A DNA stretch of 64,000 bases, from positions 248,001-312,000 of the forward strand of contig JAAOMT010000684.1 in NCBI GenBank assembly GCA_016748015.1, in the 5' to 3' direction. A program made the position numbers and the translations under genes. The notes beneath the pieces were generated by a model. It saw only the letters and a list, made by a program, of their open reading frames with translations, did not search any database and was not told the origin of the DNA. Source of the stretch: Geosiphon pyriformis uo1. Taxonomy: Eukaryota > Fungi > Glomeromycota. This document shows positions 39,442 to 53,400 of this stretch, in pieces (the first letter of the stretch is position 1; each line of letters starts with the position of its first letter).

Positions 39442-41455
39442 ACATTATGGTTTTTCTATTTTTTTATTACACATATTTTAGAAATAATAAAAACTATAAA
39501 TATTTATGTTTTTAATTATAATAATTAACAAATTTAAAAAAAAATTCATAATTTGTTACTATTGAATTGTTTTTTTTAGCTTGAAAATATATTTTTTATT
39601 TTTTATTTTTTTATTTTGATTCTTGCAATAATATTCCAAAAAAATGTTTGTTTGTTGATTAGCAAACCAATATAATAATTAGAAAGCTATTTGTTTTTTA
39701 ATGTACAAAAAAAAAGAATTGACTTATTTTATAAAATTTTATTAAAACAGCTCAAGGCAGTTGTGTATAATGCCAACTTTTTTAAAATCTTGGAAAAATT
39801 TTTAGAAAAAATAAGGTAAAAAGGTGGTATTTTGACGAATTTAATAATTTGTGATGGGGTCATGGTAAAAAATCCCATTTTATTCAAGTGAGAAAATGCT
39901 ATTCTTTCACGCGTATTATTCCTGCATTTGAATTTATTTTGCAAACTTTGTCACAATACTTTATTCGCCATTCGCCAAAATACACCCTTTGTACCTTAAG
40001 TTATACTTTAAAAAACGTAAAAATTAAGTTATGAATTTAATAATTATAAATAATAATACTGTTAGACCAGTTATTTTCTTCATATAAAAATTGTTTCTTT
40101 GACTTGTGTTTAGATCATCTTTGTAAATTCATTTTCAGTTTTTGGCTAGATCTCCGAAAAGCAAGATATATACTTTTTTTATTAATTGACTGAAACATTT
40201 CCAACATGCTGGTGCTGCAATGTGTAAACGAAATACAGCTTTATTTTTCTCTTTTTCATTCATGGAATACTAAATTAATATTTAAACTTTGTGACTGTGC
40301 TTTAATTGGATGCCAATATTTTATATCTAAAATTTTCATGCAGACTAATGCTTCTGTATGACCCTTGTACTGCCACAAAACATGGTAAAATAAACAAAAG
40401 AATGTGGCTATCACGATTAAAACAATAAAACTTTCTTCCGCGAAATAAAAGAACCCTCCCCCCGACATATGTGGTTACTAAACAGATTCCGCCATATATT
40501 CCCATTTCAATCAGAAATCTTCATTGTGAATTTATTCTAATCCTTGTGTTCGATTGCGATAATTATGACAAAAAATTTCTTTAAAGGGAACAATGTTTCT
40601 AATTATTAAAATTACATTTTTTGATGTCGAATTTTTTTGAAAATATCATGGGTATTTTTAAAAATTTTTCGGGGTTATTGAGGCTGGTCCCATAGGTAGG
40701 GTCGTGTTTTAACAAACAGTAAAAATGATACGGAGCCAAAAAGTTAAAAAACATTTGGAGGAACACAGGATAGTATCACTTTATTAACCATCCAATCCGG
40801 AATAACCCTGAACACCTATTTAAGTGAATAAAGGCAGATGTCGTGGGTATTGATATGCAGCGTGGCCAGCATGCACTGCAATTGTTTACCATGCATTGAG
40901 CTCCGAAAAACGAATATCACTCGGGTCATTCACTTTTTGGAAATAGAAACATGTTCATGCCAAAAAAAATCCGAATTTTGTTTCACTGCACGAGCCCAAT
41001 TTACTCAATTTATTATTTCAGTGTCCTAGTGCTGGTGCTGGTTTTTTTTGTTTGTTTTCAATGAACCTCTTTTGAGGAGGGAAACAAATATTCTGGGCCG
41101 CTTTTAGCTAAAATCTTTGGCTATATTAAAAATGAAAAAAACAAAATAATTATTGTACCTAAATCGCTGTTAGATCGGGTGTTCATTCTCCTAAATCATA
41201 CTCCAATTTCTTATAAATATCCCTGCTGTTCGTACCGTGCTCTTGATGTTCTCAACGTTCCATTTGTTTTTCATTAAATCCCTGCCTAATCAAAGGAGCG
41301 TCACCAATCATTGAGATATTATTAAATTTTCATTGCACACAATAACATTCTTGACATCGATCAATTATTTACCTTTGGCCTCGTTATTAAAATTTTCGGG
41401 AAAAAACACAACTTCGACTAAAACCAAAACCTTTTTTCTTTAACAACCTTCGAAG

Positions 41456-41906
41456 ATGGAATATAAATCTTATTCTCTTAAACGAAAACTCGACTCTGAC
41501 GAAGGAAACCAAGAGGTTAATTTAACGAATTATCTCAAGCTCCAGTGACCATCCTTTTTCAAATTGAAATTTTTTAACATAGGTTTTATCACTTACTTAG
41601 GAAACATACGCGTTTAAACGTCATAACCATTATAATACCTATATTCAATCCAACAGTTCATCGAGTGTATCGACCCCTACAACGGAAGATGACATGGAAA
41701 TTGACTCTCCACTCTTCGTTAACCCATCTTCGACTGTTGCATTTAACACCAATCCAAACCAATTTCATCATCACCAAACTGACGTATTACCTGCCACCAT
41801 GATGAGCTCAATAAAAAATAACAATCCACGTAGCACTGTTTGTGTTAAGAATATTCAAAAGGAAAAGATAATTCGCTTAGTTGGCATAGGTGGATATATG
41901 TTGTGA
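41456..41906 (+). CDS. Small hypothetical disordered protein with N-terminal bipartite NLS-like motif, 2 exons
   Basis: MEYKSYSLKRKLDSDEGNQE|ETYAFKRH...DDMEIDS...GIGGYML*. Intron 41516-41600 places exon 2 in frame with ORF 41694-41906. Confidence 0.6.
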
Positions 41907-42571
41907 TAATTCCAGAGATTTACCAATCATGAATCTTTTGATCAATTGTCATTTTCATAAGCTCAGATGAGATTGCCGCAAAAAGTCCTAGTATAGAGTT
42001 GAGAACTTTTGTAAATAGCACTTTATTCATTTCCATAATACCAGTTTTCCAAATTAGTTTTAATCAATTTATTCAAATTTGGAACACTTTTTCTTTTTAT
42101 TTCCTTTTTTTTTTCGTTTCTATTATTTGTTTTTTTGTTTCCATCTAATCACAAATTAATTGATAAGCGTTTTCCATTCAAAGTGGTTTAAGCTTATGCT
42201 TTGCTTTGGAAATATGGAGTGAAATTTCTTTTTATCAAACTAGTTTTGATCTATGATAACTTTTTAAATTCATCTCAATAATAAACAGGTTAAAAATTTT
42301 ACAAAAATTGGCAATTATCTACCAGCGGGTATATTACTATTTCAACAAAACCTCATCACAAGAGATTATTTTGTTAAAAAGCTTGAATTTTGGTTTCTTT
42401 ATATCATACATGAAATTCTTGCTAAGAATTTTGGCAAAAAGTCGAGAATTTTTCCCAGTTCAAGTTTATGATTAGAAAATCTGCTTGCATGTAATGAATG
42501 AATGAAGTCTAGTCTTTGAAAAATGATTTCATATTTCAAATCCTGTTATGGCATAAGAAATTCGTAAACTT

Positions 42572-44665
42572 TCATAATCTTTTCATAAAAACATCAAAGA
42601 AGCTTGTGTTTGGGCTATTTGGGTTAGGCAGGTTTTCGGAAGCTGTATCTTGCGTTTCTTCATCCAATGATGGTATTGAAAAAGTTCTTTTATATGTGTT
42701 CTGATGAATTATTTCAGTTTTCTTTGGAACAGCCAAAGTTGAAGGGGCCATCGACAATGAGCCTTCTGAAATAATCATATCGTCCATATCTTTAGAGCTA
42801 GATTCATTGGGCCAATTTTCAAATCTCTTTAGTCTTTGAGTGTCATTGAGATGTAATGGGAGTGGATTTTCTTCGGAAATTAATGTCCACTTTTTTTGGA
42901 AATTAATATTTTTTGAATAATAAGGCCGCAAAGGTAAAATAGGATCAGAGGCTGCCGTAACATCTTCCGATATATCTAATTTTCCTAATTTTTGAAACTC
43001 TGGTTCGGTCGAAGGCTTAAGAATGTGGTTATTTTCTAGCGTTGATTGATCTTGAAATTTTTGAAGTCCAACGTCGTCAAATACACTAGTATTCTTTTCT
43101 TTTAGTATATTATCGAAATCAATAGGAGCCTTGAAAAGTTTGATAATCATAAGATATTGTAATTTTTCAAAAAATGTTGGCTTCCAAATCAGTTCGAGTT
43201 CAGTTTCTTCACTTGTTACATCTATCATATTTTGATTGTTCGATTCCATTACTGCCTTCTTTGTTGAATTGTCCTTTATAGTGGTCAACTCAAATGATTC
43301 TTCACGTTTGAACATCTTTCTAGATGGTATGATGCTCCTTGTTTTTTTCCTGTCTCCTAGTCTAGGGTTTTTCTTATTTTTCGAGAGTTGAGGGTATCGC
43401 GACTCATATACTTCAACATATTTTTGCCATAGGTACATTCTCAATGCTAGAAAACCACGTGCGACTGCAACATCTTGCGAGAAGACTAGTGCATTTAATA
43501 ATCCTATAAATTAAAGGTAAATTTTGAATTTATTTAAACCGAATTTTTAAAGCGATGTTCATATTCTCAAAAAAAGAAAAATTTACCTTGGATAGCACAA
43601 CAAACATATGTAGCCATTAGCAATTCGTAAGATACTTTTTTCGTAGAATATGCCAAAGTTTCAACAAGAAAATTTGGGGTTTGCGTTATCAGAGGAACTA
43701 CTGGATACCAAGTTACCTTTTTGATAATATTTAATATAAGGCTATTTGACTTTGATGGAGCTTTAAACCTCAATACAGATGCTGTTGTAAGAGGCAAAGA
43801 ATCAATACCAGTATCAAATAAGTTCTTTTTCGTTTTGAGTTTGACAATAACGGATATAATGACAACAGAACAGTAAAGAACCGACAGTTCTAGCCATGTG
43901 AACAGAGTGGTCCATTGCCATATTATGTTATACCGTTCACCAGAATCGCGATACCAACAAAATCTAGAATGATTGAATCTTATCAATAAATTTCAATAAA
44001 AATTTTAGCATAAATCTAAAGGCTTACTCTTCAGGGGCATTCCAACCATACATGTTTTGAATTAATGGCAGGGAAGAAATGATGAGAGCCAGCAGAATTG
44101 AGGCTGGTACATAGTACCTTTCAAAATCGATTCGACCTCTGTACTCGCGTAAGAACATGATATGTAGATTCTGCGAAATAAAAAGTTTTTTTTTTTAATG
44201 ACATGAACAAAAGAAAACTATTTTAACGAAAATAGCCGTAAACTTACAAGTGCAATACAATCCGAAAAGAAAGTGGAAAGTAAGCTGGCAAAAACAAAAC
44301 CCCAGACCTAGAAACGTGGCCAAATCATCAATTAAAATAAAATGAGGTTAAGGAAAGGCAATTTTGAAATATCATGATAGAAAGTTTACCGTGAATCCGC
44401 ACCAAAATCCAGGTTTAGTCTCTAAGATGCTCAAAAGTTGAAATAATGAATAAACTAAATCTGAAATACTCGTGCATACGCCCAACCGAAATGACACTCG
44501 ATCTGCTAAAGCTGGGTAATATCGTCGCATTAAAGCATAGATTACGATGACAGTTAAACTGGCGAACATGGAAATAGCGTTCAAAGGGATAGTGATGGAG
44601 GTTATTGTTTGAGCTTGTTCGGCCGTGAGTGAGGTTAGGGTTTGTTTATTATTTGCCTCTGTCAT
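42572..44665 (-). CDS. 7TM G-protein-coupled receptor (Git3/cAMP-receptor-like), 5 exons
   Basis: TM1 ...LNAISMFASLTVI, DRVSFRL....SISDL, C...(W), IAL|NL, CWY, YPVVPLI.Q.P, QG|LLNALVF, long hydrophilic C-tail. Confidence 0.82.
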
Positions 44666-46257
44666 GATGTGGTTGTAATATATAGAAACTTGAAAGATTT
44701 GTGGAATTTCTCATTAAATTATAAAGATTGGATATTTCTTCATGAAAGATGTAAAAAAAACCTGAATATTTTGCTAGGGAAAAAAAAAAAGAAAAAAAAA
44801 GGAATATTAAAAGAGTTGAGCTTTTTATTTATCTCAAGTCTGTTGAAAATCTTTCACAAAATATTTTTTGGTTCTGGAATAATGAGTACAGTTTAAATTA
44901 ATATTTACTCCAATTTTTTTAATCCAAAGTTATCACATGTAAGTCCTTGACAACTAAGAATTATGGTAAAAATTTTTGGTTGGATCAATTTTAATTTAGT
45001 GTAAAAAGGTTTCTTGAATTTTATGTCGATTTTATTAATGGTAATTATGTTTACTGTAAATTTGGATTTCAACGAACCACTTACCTGAAAATTTTCATTA
45101 TTGAACTTTTGGGAATGTTTCCGAAAGAATTGATGTACAAAAGATAAAAAATCAAGGATTTTAATTGGCGTTTGTTGAATTGTCTATGTGTGCGTAACCT
45201 GATGCATGAAAGGATATCTATTATTAACAGCGACCTAATGTGCATCCTTTTTTGTTTTGTCAAAGCGGGAATTTGTGATTTGCAGAATTGTTTTTTAAGA
45301 AAAGATTATAATTTTGATAGAATCGAAATTGACACACACATTATTTAGGTCATCTTTATGAACGTATGTCAGCCAGAAAGGGAGGCAAGCAAAAAAGCGT
45401 TTGATTGCCAAATGAAATTCAAAGAAGAATACGTAATGAAGAAGAAATTTTTGGGTCATGTTTAAAACTAGTTAGATTTTGATTTTCAGACAATTGAAAG
45501 ATCAAACCCTTCTTCGAATTTATGCAGATCAAAAATTATGCTAAGTAAAAGATGGTGGGAGTGTAATTTCTATATAATATGACATGATGCAAACCTTTAA
45601 AATTCCAAAATAACTTTTTGAAGATCATAATATTTTTGGGAACTTAATGCTGCAGTGTTAAATTGAGTGTTTTCCAAAAAATATTTGAGAAACGCTTGTG
45701 ATACCAAAAGGCAGAAATTTGATTAAGGAACAAAAAAAATTAATGATTTTAATTTGATCATGAATCATCAATTTTCATCGTTGAATCGAAAGCTATGATT
45801 GTGTTCATGATTTGAAAATTTTCAATAGGATATAAAAATTAGAAGATCTACTTAATCTATACTTGTTTCTACCATTTCACACGTACAATTCACACGGATG
45901 ACTTATCTGGAACCAATCATCAAGGTCACCAAAAGATAACTAAAATTCCATGGGCCAATTAATCGAACCATAGTGATGGCTCATTTAATTTATATTAATA
46001 AAAAAAGAAATTAAACTCTTTGGGGAACACCCGAAAAACTTTGTTGGTTAAAGGAAATACAAATGTTTCACATATCATAAAAATTGAAAAATTTGTCACA
46101 TCATTTTAATTGTAAATTTCAAAATCCTATCCGAAATATGTTATAAACAAACCTTTAAAAGGCTATAATGTGGTACAAATATTTTGTTGTTTCATTACCA
46201 ATTTAAAATTCACTCTTAATTGTTTTTGGGAAAACCAACCAAGAACAAAGACACCAC

Positions 46258-46296
<39 letters not shown>
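46258..46296. repeat. (TAT)13 microsatellite
   Basis: Perfect trinucleotide run. Confidence 0.95.
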
Positions 46297-49200
46297 CAGA
46301 TTAACTAAAAATTGAAATAAAGAAAATTATTAATAAAATGTGTTTATTATATTTTATTAATAGATAGATTATTAATTAATAAATATTAATCTTAAAATTC
46401 GAAAAGAATTAATTTCCTAAAGAAAAACAAGTATTGCCTAAAGAATATAATCATATTTCATGAATGTTAAAGCTTTTTTTAAGAAATCAAAATTGTGTAT
46501 TATTAAATGCTCAAATTTAATTTGAAAAAAATTTAAATCATTTAAATTTGGTTTATAATAAAATAGACTACATATCAATTTGTTAAAAGAAATTATTTTT
46601 TAAAATAATGTGTCAGAAATGAATAAGTAACAAACTTTTCTTTACTAAGATATCAATTTATTCTATCATATGCTTTGCATATTTTTGCTTTCATCATTTA
46701 TTGTAAAATCTTTACTCTTTTTCACCAAAAAAAAAGCATTTTTTTTATAGGTAATAATAAGACCACTTGGTTCAATCATACTAATGATGAAATTTGTAAC
46801 ATTTTTAAAATTCATGAAAAATTACAAGAGCCTTTTATGAAATTTGTGAAACACTCTTTTGTATTTAATAAGTTGATAAAAAATTATTAGTAATATATAT
46901 GCGGGAAAAAAATGAATGTAAAGTATTATTAAGCACTAATTTCTTTGTCAAGCTATCAATAGTTTTAAAAGTGCTATTATTGTTGACAAGTAAATCAACC
47001 TAAGAATGGTGTTATTTCTGTTTGAGATCGATATGTTTGTTTAAATGATTAGCAGATTCTCCAAACGTAATCGATATTCCATTGGATAATATATGAATAT
47101 TCGAGGTCCCAGACAAATCGAATAATTTTATGACAGGAACCTCAAATATGATGCACCATTTTAAAAGCGTCTGCGTTATGCAATGAATGCAAAAAACTAT
47201 TTTAACAAAAATGAAGAGAGAAAAATTATCGAGAGTGGAGCATTGTCAAAAGCTAATTGGAAACATCTTAAAAATTAGAGCGTTCAGGGATACACTTAAA
47301 AATTACTTAGTTGAAGTTGTGGTATTAGTTCGTTGGTAATTTTAGAAATATCACTATTGGGTTCACTGAAACTTTTTTTTAAAATTTTCATATTCATCCA
47401 TTATATCATACCACCATATTGAAACCAGGTTGTTCCGATCTGCAAGCCCTTAGTTGTGGTATGGGGTTTGCAGTTTTCGAAACCTAATCTAAAAGAAATT
47501 CCATTTAATTTTAATTTTAATCATCTCGGACCAATTATTGATTGAGCAAAGTTTTTAAAAAAATTTTGTTGAGGCTTCTTCAACCTACCAGTTTTAGGAG
47601 TAACATTCACGGGCTGAAACATCACCATTCTGTCAAAAAAACGGATAAGTTACCTTTATGGCTCATGCAGGGTTTTGAACTCAAAGCTCATCATGCGGTA
47701 AAGTTATGCCTTAATTGGCGAAAAAAAGCTGCAACAAATGAACATTTTATTGAGCTCTTGGTTCAATATGAATACAATTTAAGACTTTGACCATGTGTAA
47801 AACTAAAATTATATTTAAACCAATTTTCAAATGATAAAAGGTTGTGTATAAAAGATAGTAATATAATGATAATCCAATCTCATCTATTGAATGATAAATT
47901 AAAAATTTTAAAAAGTGCTTTTTGAATAAACAAATTAATCAAATTCAATTAATTTAGGTAAATTGGCATTAATAAATTATCTCTTTCCAAGAAATCTTAT
48001 TTGACAAAGAAAATTTGTTTTACCAGAATTATAATACCTCCAATTTAAAGAACAAAACAGCCAAAAAATTTAATACAAAATAATGTAAAGCAAAAATGAA
48101 TTTGAACTATTCTAATTTAAAAATATAGAAAAAAACTAGGCTCAAAATATTTAAAAAGTTTTTTAAAATCTCAATTGAAACAAGTGTACTGAAATATTCC
48201 TTTAAAATTTTTAAATGACAACCTCAATTTCTTCAATCGTTCTAAAAGAAATGGATCTAAATTATCTAGTTTTGTTATTGCAATAAAAAAAATTTAACAT
48301 CAAAATATTTGTTTGAAATCTTTAAGGCTTGAAAAACTGTTCTTTTTGAAAGATATAGAATCATTTATAATCTTCATCAACAATATGTTCTTAAATGAAT
48401 GTAAATAACTTAACATAATTTAATGAAGTTTTTGTTAAATTTCTTAAGGAATGTAAAAAGGGCTATAATTCAGAAGTATTCTAATCAATGATTAAATTAT
48501 AAAAATTTTAATAAATTTGTATTGATATCTTTGAAAATATTAACAAAAAACCAATTCCACAATTCAGCCTTTTTTATTTCACTAGTCTATTTGATTCGAT
48601 AAAGCATAAGAGTATTATCTAATGACCAAAATATCTTGAAAAGTGTAAATGTTTTAAATAATAGAGGAATAATTTTACGTTTAGGTATTTTGAGTTTTAA
48701 CTCTACAAATAATAATCTAAGATTTAATTCTTAAAGAATAAGAAAAGTTCAAATTCTCAATGAGAAAAAATAACTTTGGTTAATTGATAAATTAATTTAC
48801 CAGCATCTAAACCAATCAAAATTTTCAAAAACATAAAAAGTAATTTTAATACCAATCCAAATTAAATTACTAAGTTGATTGCAACAATATTTTCCTTTTT
48901 TTCAACATCAGATGTCTTTTCGATTGTTGATTTCTTCACAATTATATAATCGCCATAGGTTTAATAATCTTTTACTCTTAAGTTCTGGTGTTTTAGTATT
49001 TTTGTTTTAAAATTAGGTGGGTTGAAAGCAAAAATAACTGAGCTTACAAGCTTTTTAGAAATTGTATTTTTAAAACTAAATCTTTTGTGTACTGATAGTA
49101 GTGTTCTTTCTTTTTCTCTTTTTTAATAACAAAAAATTGCTGAATGCAATATAAAAAATAATGGATATTCTGCTGGCCATTTTAAAAAAAGTGTATTAGA

Positions 49201-49869
49201 TTTAAATGAGCTGTACTTGGTATAAATCTATGCTAAAAAACAGATTTTTTATGTCTTATTTAGTAATAAAATATAAACCTAAATAATTAATAGTGCTTCT
49301 TTTTCTCTTATTTTTTTCTGGTGCTCTTTTGGGTTCTGATTCAACTTTGATTACAAAATTTTTTTGTTAGTAATTAGTAACATTGAATTAAGATTTATTA
49401 GTTTAAAATACAGTTTTACTGGTTTTATAAAACAAGTTAACAATTTGGTAAAAAGATTAAATACACTCATGTTAATGATTATTTAGTCTTGCTCAAAATG
49501 TAAATTATTAATAACTCTTTTATTACAAAATCAAGTAAATAATATGACAATAAAAAAGAATTTGTGTGTAACAATTAATAAAAAAACTATTCTGGTTTTT
49601 AATTTTTAAGTTTTCAAACCATTATAAAACTGAAAATAAGATAGATAACTTATTAAAAATAGTTTTAAACTTAATAATAAAGATCAATAATTTTTATTTA
49701 ACATTAAATTTTATTATTTATTTTTCTTAATAAATAAATTTTTTTAAAGATTTGTAATATGTAATATTAAGAGTATAAACATTTTTGTTAAGCAGAATAA
49801 TATTATTTAATAACATAAAAATATGATTAATATGATTTTAATTATCATAAAAACTAAGTTAAAAATTAA

Positions 49870-50470
49870 TGTTACAATTAAATTCAACTTTAATAAATAA
49901 ATTGAATTAGTAAGAATTTAATGTACAAGATCAGTTTTATAATTATCTCAGTTGCTATTTTTAAAAAAAAAAACAAAAAATCTGAAAGTAAAAAAATAGT
50001 TTATACTATTAACAAAAACTAACATATTAATATAATTTTATGCTTTAAATTAGCACTCTTAGAATTCGATATCAAATATTAGTTGTAATTTTTAGTAAAA
50101 ATTTATTTAATATACTTTACAAAAATTAATTATTATATAAAGCAAGAAAAAAAATAGTAAAAAAATAAAAGAGTTAATTTTATTGTATTAATTTAAGTAT
50201 AATTCAAATATAAATATATTTCTATAACTTTAAAAAGTTTTGCTTATATACTATTAAAAAAAGATTAATGATTAGATTAATAATTAAGTTAACAATTAAG
50301 ATAATAATTAGATTAATAATTAAATCAATAATCAAATCAATAATCATATTAATAATTTATTCTAAAAATAAGATGATTAATTATATTATATTAATAACTA
50401 ATATATGTGGTTATTTATAGCTAAGTAATTAGATAAAAATTAAAAAATAAAAGTTTTATCTATAATATCA
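49870..50470 (-). repeat. 3' LTR of the Gypsy element
   Basis: TGTTAC...ATATCA termini; aligns with 56150-56702 with a short internal deletion. Eroded polypurine-tract-like stretch adjacent at ~50471-50478. Confidence 0.85.
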
Positions 50471-53400
50471 TTCTTTTCAAAAAAATTAAGTTTTGATAAA
50501 ATAAAATTATATAAAAAAGTTCTGAAATTTTTATCTCAAAGTTAACTAACTTGTTAAAATTTTTGGCTAATAGAATATAAAAAAGCTAAAATAATATTAG
50601 TTTTAAATCCAAAAAACTAAATTTTTGTATAAGTATTTTGGCTTTTTTTGTAATGATCAAAATTCTTAGAATATCTAAATATATAATATTTAAGATTTTT
50701 GTCTAAATTTTTAAAGTTGTTTTCTTTAAAAACTTTATATCTTTTATAATATTTAAGTTGTTTTCTATATAAAAATTTTCTGTTTATAGATAAAATTTTG
50801 TTTATTACTTTCTTAATTGTATTAAAAAAGTTAAATATTTTGGCAGTTATATATTCAAACATATATTTTTTTAAATTAGTACTAATTTTTTGTTTTTTTA
50901 TAACAGTTTTTTATGAGTTAATAACAAAATATACTCTGATTTTATCTTTGATTGTTATTTGTTTTTTGATAATAAGTAGAGTATCTAAATAGTTTTTTGT
51001 TCAATAGTTGTAAATAATAAAAAAAACATTTTGAATATTTTAATCAAAGAAATATTTTTCTATGCTGATTAAAATAACTTTTCTTATAATTGTTTTGGTA
51101 TTTTACTAATAAATATTATGAGCATTACAATAATTTATAATTAATTAGGTCTTTTGTGATACTTTTTAATTTATATATTATAAACAGATCGATTATTAAA
51201 TATTGTTTTATATTGGTTTTGTAAAATATAAAATTTATTGTTTAAAATTTTGTTAATTATAAATAGTTTTTTTTATTAACTTGAAAATTTGTTATCAAAA
51301 ACATTGTTTTAATTTGATCTGTATTTAAGAACTAAGTTACTAATACTTAAAAAAAGTATTTTATATGTTTTTTTTTTAAGTTTTTCTTAAAAATATTTTA
51401 TCTTTTTATAAACAATTATTTATGTTTTTATTAAGATGTCTAAGATTGTTTTAAGTCTTTATTTTAAAATATCTTTATAATAAAATTTGGTTATTTTTTT
51501 AAATAATTTTGTTATAATATTAGTTTTAATAAGTAATATTGCTATATATCTATAAAATAAGTAAAAAATTTTATAACTAATTATATTGTAATTTATAGTT
51601 TTATAAACAAAAAGTATTAAAAGCAAAATTTTGTTTTACAAGTTTGTTTTTTCGCTAAAGTTTTGCAAAGTATTTGATTAAAACATTCTATTAAATCATT
51701 AATCTATAAATAATAAAAAAAGAAAAGTTTATAATATACTCTAAGTTTTTTTAATAGTTTTTTTATCAATGAGTTAAAAAAACTTTTTTTTTATCTAAAA
51801 ATAGTTTTTAAACACATTTATGTTTACATATAATTTTTTTATAAATAAAGTTAACAATTGAAACAGCTATTACTTTGGCTTTTATCTATTTTATTAAATA
51901 CTTAGTTATAGTTATTAAATATTTATTTTTATTAGAAGTTATTATTAAAAATTTAATAACATTAATTTCAATTCTGTTAAAAAATTAACCAACAAATATA
52001 AGATAAATATTTTTTTTGATTAGATTTTTTTTATTGACAGATATTACAACTTTTAATGTATTTTATTATATCTTTTTTTAATATTAGCCAATAATATTTT
52101 GTTAATATCTTTTAAATAATTTTTGCTTTTTTGAAATGTTTTATTAAAAAATCAGTATATATATTATATATCATAATTTTTTTTTCCTTAAATTAAATTC
52201 ATTTTTGTAATCAATTAGGATCTTTTTGGTTTTTAATATAATTGATTCTGGTAAATTAAATAAAAATTTGATTGTTTTCACAAATGTTTTCTTTGTTGTC
52301 AATTATATTCTAATAAATATTATCTTTTATCTAAAATTTAAATAAATATTAAATAGTTTTTCAAGTTTATTTGTTGTTTATTGATTTAAGTATTTTAATA
52401 ATTAATTTTATTAGTTTTGTTAATTGGTTTTTATTAAGTAACTAATTAAGATAGAATATCTGTATTTTGATTGTTTATTTATTTTTGGTATTTAATATTA
52501 TAATAAAATTTGTCTAAATAAATAATTCAATAAAAAAGTTTTTTATAATTCAGTTTTTTTTTGTTTTTTAACCAAACTAAAGCTTAATAATTAGTATATA
52601 TCAATTTTTTTTTTCATAAGATACTTATTTTAGTAATTAGTAAATTATATTATTATTAAGTATTTTTTATTAGTTATTGTGTAATTTTTTTCTGTTTGTT
52701 AAAAAGTTCTACTATTATAAGTTATAACTAGTTTTTTTTTGTTTTTTTGTAATAAAACAACACTAAAAAAAACATTAAAGATATTAATATAAAACATAAA
52801 TAGTTTGTTAAGATCTGATTGCTTTAAAATTAATTTAGTAATTAGTTTTTTTTTAAGAGTTTTAAATGTTTTTTGTTAAAAAATATTTTAATAATAATTA
52901 ATTTTTTTATTAAGAACTGATTAAATAAATATGTAATTTTAGATAAATTTTTAATAATATAAGACTAATACAAAAAAGATTATAATTCTGAAATATTTAT
53001 TAATTGTTTAAGCTTTTATACTTTTTTAACTTTTTTTAGATCTAAAAAGATTTAATTTTTTTATAAAATAATCTAAAAACTGAGTAAATTGTTTTTTAAA
53101 AAATAATTTAATGAAATTAATATTAAGTCTAGTATTTTTTAAAAGGTTAAAAATTTTTTAAATGTTTATTCTAAGTTTTTGAGTATATAATTATATTATT
53201 AAAATATACAGAAACAAATTTTTGGTGTTTTAATCTAAATATTTTATTTATTAATCTTTAAAATATGGGTGAAATATTTGTTAATTCAAAGAGTATTACT
53301 ATAAACTTATAAATTTTATATTTTGTAATAAATATAATTTTTTTTTTGCTAATAAAATTTATTTTTACTTATTAAAATTCAGTAGTCAACTTAATAATTA

